From an uncultured Methanosarcinales archaeon (GTDB lineage: Archaea > Nanobdellota > Nanobdellia > Woesearchaeales > GW2011-AR9), in the NCBI GenBank assembly GCA_964434885.1, contig CAYSWQ010000065.1, positions 1 through 2,791 on the forward strand: a stretch of 2,791 nt of DNA, read 5' to 3'. A model generated the notes under the pieces. It was not told the origin of the DNA, did no database searches, and saw only the letters and a list, made by a program, of their open reading frames with translations. Of this stretch, positions 1 to 2,791 are shown one piece after another. The position numbers and the translations under genes were made by a program. Each line of letters opens with the position of its first letter. Position 1 is the stretch's first letter.

Positions 1-194
1 TCTTCTCCGACGTGAAAACTAGTTACTCCATTCTTAACCCATTCAATCACTTCTTTTGGATATTTGAGAATGTCTGGTCTTTTTCCAAAACCATCACCAT
101 AACGAACACCAACTTCTTTATCTAAAGAATGTTCTACCATGGCATCTTGGATATCTTTTCTTTTGTAGTATCTTAAGAGGGCCCCTTTATCCAT
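1..194 (-). CDS. priS: DNA primase small (catalytic) subunit PriS, DPANN type (often a fused PriS-PriL protein); N-terminal 64 aa only, runs off the left edge
   Basis: Hand translation from ATG at 194-192 gives MDKGALLRYYKRKDIQDAMVEHSLDKEVGVRYGDGFGKRPDILKYPKEVIEWVKNGVTSFHVGE(E/D), open to the window edge. The YY-R-D(I/V)Q...EV..RY..GFGKRPD.L.YP......V..G.TSFH pattern matches the N-terminus of DPANN primases as I recall it (not searched). The catalytic DxD motif would lie outside the window. Confidence 0.8.
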   Translation of the reverse strand, partial: MDKGALLRYYKRKDIQDAMVEHSLDKEVGVRYGDGFGKRPDILKYPKEVIEWVKNGVTSFHVGE

Positions 195-215
195 AGTTAT
201 TGAGAAGTGTTGAAG

Positions 216-230
216 TATTTAATGTTTTTT
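216..230 (-). promoter_or_regulatory. Archaeal BRE/TATA promoter for priS, probably giving a leaderless transcript
   Basis: Minus strand reads AAAAAACA-TTAAATA, then 21 nt, then ATG. TATA is at 222-216 with an A-rich BRE-like tract directly upstream. There is no SD sequence. Confidence 0.6.
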
Positions 231-798
231 ATTTTCGATAAGCATGAAGATAATATGGGGCGCTGATTTCCCAGCCAATAGGGACTTTCTTTGTTTCTAG
301 AAAAGTTAAGCCAGCGAATTCTTTTGGTGTTGATTCAGAATCATAAATAAGTAGAGTTGTTCCTGAATGAGATTGTTGATTAATTTTAGCAGCTAATTTT
401 TCATGGTTGTTAATATAATTAAAAAAAGTAGAAATGTCTTGGAATTTTAAATTTTGTTTTTGATAAGTTTCATCTAACATAAAATTACCATAAGATAGTA
501 TTGCAGGTACTTTAAATGATTTGTTTTTATGTAATTGATATAAATGAGATTCTGCTTTCTTGTAAACTTCAGGATCACTTTCTATTCCTAAAGAAGGAAT
601 ATTATGTTGATTGGCTGTTAAAGCAACTATTCTTCCATCTCCACAACCAGCATCACAGAACCATTTGTTTGGATTAATAATTCTTTTTTTAAGGAAATAA
701 GTTAAACCTTGATTAATTAATTCTAAATTAGAAGTTATAAAAGCTCCATGGATGGTTGGTTTGGGTGTTGGTCTGCCAAAAATTTTTTCTAATTCCAT
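229..798 (-). CDS. Class I SAM-dependent methyltransferase, probably FAM173/aKMT/Dot1-like (protein lysine methyltransferase-like), 189 aa
   Basis: Motif I FCDAGCGDGRIV, acidic post-I strand SLGIESD, motif II-like YGNF and post-II STFFNY. An in-frame TAA at 813-811 fixes the start at ATG 798. The substrate assignment is inference. Confidence 0.85.
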   Translation of the reverse strand: MELEKIFGRPTPKPTIHGAFITSNLELINQGLTYFLKKRIINPNKWFCDAGCGDGRIVALTANQHNIPSLGIESDPEVYKKAESHLYQLHKNKSFKVPAILSYGNFMLDETYQKQNLKFQDISTFFNYINNHEKLAAKINQQSHSGTTLLIYDSESTPKEFAGLTFLETKKVPIGWEISAPYYLHAYRK

Positions 799-820
799 TT
801 TAATAAAAAATTACTTCGAG

Positions 821-834
821 TTTTTAACTATAAA
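821..834 (-). promoter_or_regulatory. Candidate TATA box for the methyltransferase gene
   Basis: Minus strand TTAAAAA (827-821) lies 22 nt before the ATG, the same spacing as neighbouring genes. An alternative TTTATA is at 834-829. There is no clear BRE and the context is very AT-rich. Confidence 0.4.
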
Positions 835-858
835 TATAATACTCATTGTATTTAAGAT

Positions 859-893
859 AAAAAAAATAAAAAAAGATATATAGCTTTCGCTAT
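859..893 (-). terminator. Putative csp terminator: GNRA-capped hairpin followed by two U tracts
   Basis: Minus strand ATAGC-GAAA-GCTAT (893-880; 5-bp stem, GAAA loop), then ATATC, T7 (874-868), A, T8 (866-859). It starts about 40 nt downstream of the csp stop. Confidence 0.65.
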
Positions 894-935
894 GTTAATA
901 CCATTCGAATAAGCATAAGAATTAAAAATTCTACT

Positions 936-1127
936 CTATTCTAAAGATACTTTAACTGCTTTTGGTCCTCGATCGCCTTCTTCAACTTCGAAAGTAACGT
1001 TGTCCCCTTCGTTCAATTTAACGCCTTCTCCTAAGTCGCTAATGTGAACAAAGTAATCTTGTCCGTCTTCAGCTGTGATAAAGCCGAATCCTTTTCTTTC
1101 GTTGAAAAATTTTACGGTTCCATTCAT
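936..1127 (-). CDS. cspA: Cold-shock protein (CspA family, single CSD), 63 aa
   Basis: GTVKFFN, RNP1 KGFGFI, RNP2 YFVHIS, L.EGD.V.FEV..G.RGP.A.V; typical length; SD present. The symbol denotes the family, not proven orthology. Confidence 0.97.
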   Translation of the reverse strand: MNGTVKFFNERKGFGFITAEDGQDYFVHISDLGEGVKLNEGDNVTFEVEEGDRGPKAVKVSLE

Positions 1128-1134
1128 GTTTTAA

Positions 1135-1140
1135 ACCTCA
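1135..1140 (-). promoter_or_regulatory. Shine-Dalgarno site of csp
   Basis: Minus strand TGAGGT-TTAAAAC-ATG: GAGGT lies 7 nt upstream of the start codon. Confidence 0.75.
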
Positions 1141-1160
1141 GTAGTTGATTTAACTGATTC

Positions 1161-1203
1161 TTTTATAAGTGTTTCGTTAAATATAAACCAAAAAGGTTAA
1201 ATA
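1161..1203. promoter_or_regulatory. Divergent csp/HIT promoter region with back-to-back TATA boxes
   Basis: Plus strand: AAAAAGG-TTAAATA (TATA 1197-1203), 22 nt before the HIT ATG at 1226. Minus strand has two csp candidates: TTTATAT (1187-1181) and CGAAACAC-TTATAAAA (1176-1161, with a good BRE-like CGAAA). Confidence 0.6.
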
Positions 1204-1225
1204 ATTGTTTTGTTTAATGTGTTAT

Positions 1226-1618
1226 ATGAAAGAGTGTATATTCTGTAAGATTGTAAAAGAGGAAATTCCTAGTTACAAATTATTTGATAATGAATCTTTT
1301 TTTGTCTTTTTAGATATTAGACCATTGAATAAAGGACATTGTTTAGTAATACCTAAAAAACATTATCGTTGGGTGTGGGATGTAGAAGAAGAATATTCTA
1401 AAGTAGTTAATATTATGGCTAATGTTTTGAAGAAAGCATTTGAGATTGATTATGTGCAGTCTGTAGTGATGGGAGATGAAGTGCCACATGCCCATATTCA
1501 TTTGATTCCTAGATTTGAAAATGATGGACATCCAGGGTTGGTTAGTTTAAGTAATGTAAAAGAAATTAATGAAGAAGAAATGCAAGAAATTAGCGAGAAG
1601 ATTAAGAGTTATCTTTAA
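1226..1618 (+). CDS. hit: HIT (histidine triad) family nucleotide hydrolase, Hint-like, 130 aa
   Basis: N-terminal CIFCKIV..EIPS, FLDIRP..KGHCLVIPKKH and histidine triad PHAHIHLIPRF. The start is moved from TTG 1205 to ATG 1226 (MKECIFC) because of the family N-terminus and the TATA spacing. Confidence 0.95.
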   Translation: MKECIFCKIVKEEIPSYKLFDNESFFVFLDIRPLNKGHCLVIPKKHYRWVWDVEEEYSKVVNIMANVLKKAFEIDYVQSVVMGDEVPHAHIHLIPRFENDGHPGLVSLSNVKEINEEEMQEISEKIKSYL

Positions 1619-2018
1619 GATGTTTCTCAATTGATTTTCTAGTATATGGATCAATACTTAAGTTTAATGCTTCTTCTGGAGAAACCCAAACATGGCTTTG
1701 TCCTTCTGAATTTAAGATGACTTCTTCTGAATCAGTTTTACAAGTAAAATTGAAGAAGATGAAATGTTTTTTCTTAGCGCAGGATTGATCATAAATAAAT
1801 TCATGAAAGATTAATAATTTTCGATCAAAAACATCTAAGTTAGTTTCTTCTTTTATTTCTCTTTTTAAAGCAGTTTTCATATCTTCTCCTAATTCGATAT
1901 GTCCGCCAGGAATAACATATTGGTTATTCCACTTATGAGATTTCATGAGAAATAGTTTACCTTCTTTGTTAAATATTAAACCACTTGCAATTGGTTCAGG
2001 AAATTGTTGTTCTGTCAT
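1602..2018 (-). CDS. Nudix hydrolase, 138 aa
   Basis: Nudix box G-HIELG-E-DMKTALK-REIKEETNL fits GX5EX7REUXEEXGU with a G->N change at the penultimate position. Typical flanking strands LIFNKEGKLFL, YVIPGG and LNSE...VWV. The substrate cannot be assigned. Confidence 0.95.
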   Translation of the reverse strand: MTEQQFPEPIASGLIFNKEGKLFLMKSHKWNNQYVIPGGHIELGEDMKTALKREIKEETNLDVFDRKLLIFHEFIYDQSCAKKKHFIFFNFTCKTDSEEVILNSEGQSHVWVSPEEALNLSIDPYTRKSIEKHLKDNS

Positions 2019-2020
2019 TT

Positions 2021-2049
2021 TTATTTAAAATTAAATGAGTTTTAAATAA
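2021..2049. repeat. Perfect 10-bp inverted repeat with a 9-bp spacer over the Nudix promoter
   Basis: TTATTTAAAA (2021-2030) and TTTTAAATAA (2040-2049) are exact reverse complements. Both arms are A/T only. Confidence 0.6.
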
Positions 2050-2054
2050 TTTGC
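2040..2054 (-). promoter_or_regulatory. Candidate BRE/TATA promoter for the Nudix gene (leaderless)
   Basis: Minus strand GCAAATTA-TTTAAAA (TATA 2046-2040), then 21 nt, then ATG. There is no SD. Confidence 0.5.
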
Positions 2055-2060
2055 TTAGGA

Positions 2061-2791
2061 TTATTGTGAAGCTTTAATTAATTTCTTTTGACAATCTTTG
2101 TATGGGAAGATGTTATGTGGTTTATCAAAAGCAAAAACTTGCAAGTGGGGAAATTTTTTAGAAGCCAAATTAGCTCTCTTTAGTTCTTCTGAGAAAGACC
2201 AAACTCGATCTCTAGCCGTAAGTATCATGGTGATATCTGAAGTGTTTGTGTTGGCATTTTCTAAAATATCAGCTGAGTCAACATCCAAAAGATTTTGAAC
2301 TGATTTAGTACTCATCCAAGTTCCTAATCCATAATGTGAATTGTGGGCCAAATCTTCATCAACGTGCATTTTAGCTGAGGACAAAGGAGATAATGGTGAA
2401 GGGACAGGGAGGTTTTGTAACTTGTTAAACAAAAATTCCCAAGGTATTCCCAGAAAATTTGGATTGGGTAAATGATCAAAAACATCTCTGGCTGAAGTAA
2501 AAGGAGCGATCATAATATGTTTACCAGGTCCCTGGACTTGACCTTCATCTCCTTTAGCTAAGTCAATCATTTGGGCTAAAGTAGATAAGCTATGGGTGTA
2601 AACAGTGTAGTCCTGAACTCCTAGAATTTTAGTCATGAATTCATTACCAACAGCATATTGTTTTATTGCATCGGCTAAAGAATTTCTTCTCCACTCGTGT
2701 TCTGGGTGAGAGAAGCTAACTCCTGGATTGTATGGAACAGCAATTCTACCTTGTAACTCTCTAGCAATTTCACACATTGAATTAGATAAGT
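2061..2791 (-). CDS. Divergent alpha/beta-hydrolase-fold protein, probably 5'-truncated by the window edge
   Basis: Ordered motifs (numbering from M at 2777): YTVYTHSLS (elbow-like, S63), HIMIAPF, ITMILTARDRV (D190), FAFDKPHN (H221). The frame is open upstream of ATG 2777 to the edge (..L-S-N-S-M), so the true start is probably outside the window. Confidence 0.65.
   Translation of the reverse strand, partial: LSNSMCEIARELQGRIAVPYNPGVSFSHPEHEWRRNSLADAIKQYAVGNEFMTKILGVQDYTVYTHSLSTLAQMIDLAKGDEGQVQGPGKHIMIAPFTSARDVFDHLPNPNFLGIPWEFLFNKLQNLPVPSPLSPLSSAKMHVDEDLAHNSHYGLGTWMSTKSVQNLLDVDSADILENANTNTSDITMILTARDRVWSFSEELKRANLASKKFPHLQVFAFDKPHNIFPYKDCQKKLIKASQ

Noticed and set aside
229..798. Methyltransferase as part of a restriction-modification or defence system
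   Set aside because: No DPPY/NPPY or PC catalytic motif, short length, and no nuclease or specificity gene nearby.
841..935. Intergenic region as a tRNA, CRISPR array or known ncRNA
   Set aside because: TTCGAAT resembles a T-loop, but there is no cloverleaf or GC-rich stems and no repeated units. It is better explained as the csp 3' UTR and terminator.
1205..1225. N-terminal extension MFCLMCY of HIT, giving an apparent extra CxxC
   Set aside because: TTG 1205 sits immediately after the TATA box (1197-1203) and would not be transcribed. The family N-terminus begins at MKECIFC (1226).
1343..1531. 62-aa minus-strand ORF (MSIIFKSRNQ...)
   Set aside because: Lies entirely antisense within the well-supported HIT gene. 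The F/I/H/Y-rich composition is typical of a shadow frame and it has no motif.
2098..2298. 66-aa plus-strand ORF (MYGKMLCG...)
   Set aside because: Antisense shadow inside the hydrolase-like gene, with no recognisable motif or convincing initiation signal.
2775..2777. ATG 2777 as the true start of the hydrolase-like gene
   Set aside because: The frame is open to the window edge, and the first strands and oxyanion loop expected of the fold appear to be missing, so the start is probably upstream.
1..2791. Whole window as a single novel operon, anti-phage system or mobile element
   Set aside because: Mixed orientations, separate promoter candidates for each gene, common housekeeping families, and no integrase, transposase, att sites or terminal repeats. 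Only cross-genome synteny could revive this idea.

Overview
AT-rich, gene-dense window that looks like chromosome of a DPANN archaeon (Woesearchaeota/Pacearchaeota-like). This rests on the primase N-terminus recognised from memory and on archaeal TATA boxes 21-22 nt upstream of four start codons. Left to right: the 5' end of a PriS-type DNA primase gene (minus strand, runs off the left edge, missing from the ORF track); a class I SAM methyltransferase resembling FAM173/aKMT/Dot1-like protein lysine methyltransferases; a cold-shock protein with an SD site and a hairpin + U-tract 3' end; a divergently transcribed HIT hydrolase; a convergent, overlapping Nudix hydrolase; and a 5'-truncated, divergent alpha/beta-hydrolase-fold protein with an atypical nucleophile elbow. 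No tRNA, rRNA, CRISPR array, transposase or integrase was seen. I cannot support a coherent new multi-gene system here: the genes look independently promoted. The most interesting items are the odd hydrolase, the csp regulatory architecture and the candidate lysine methyltransferase next to primase.
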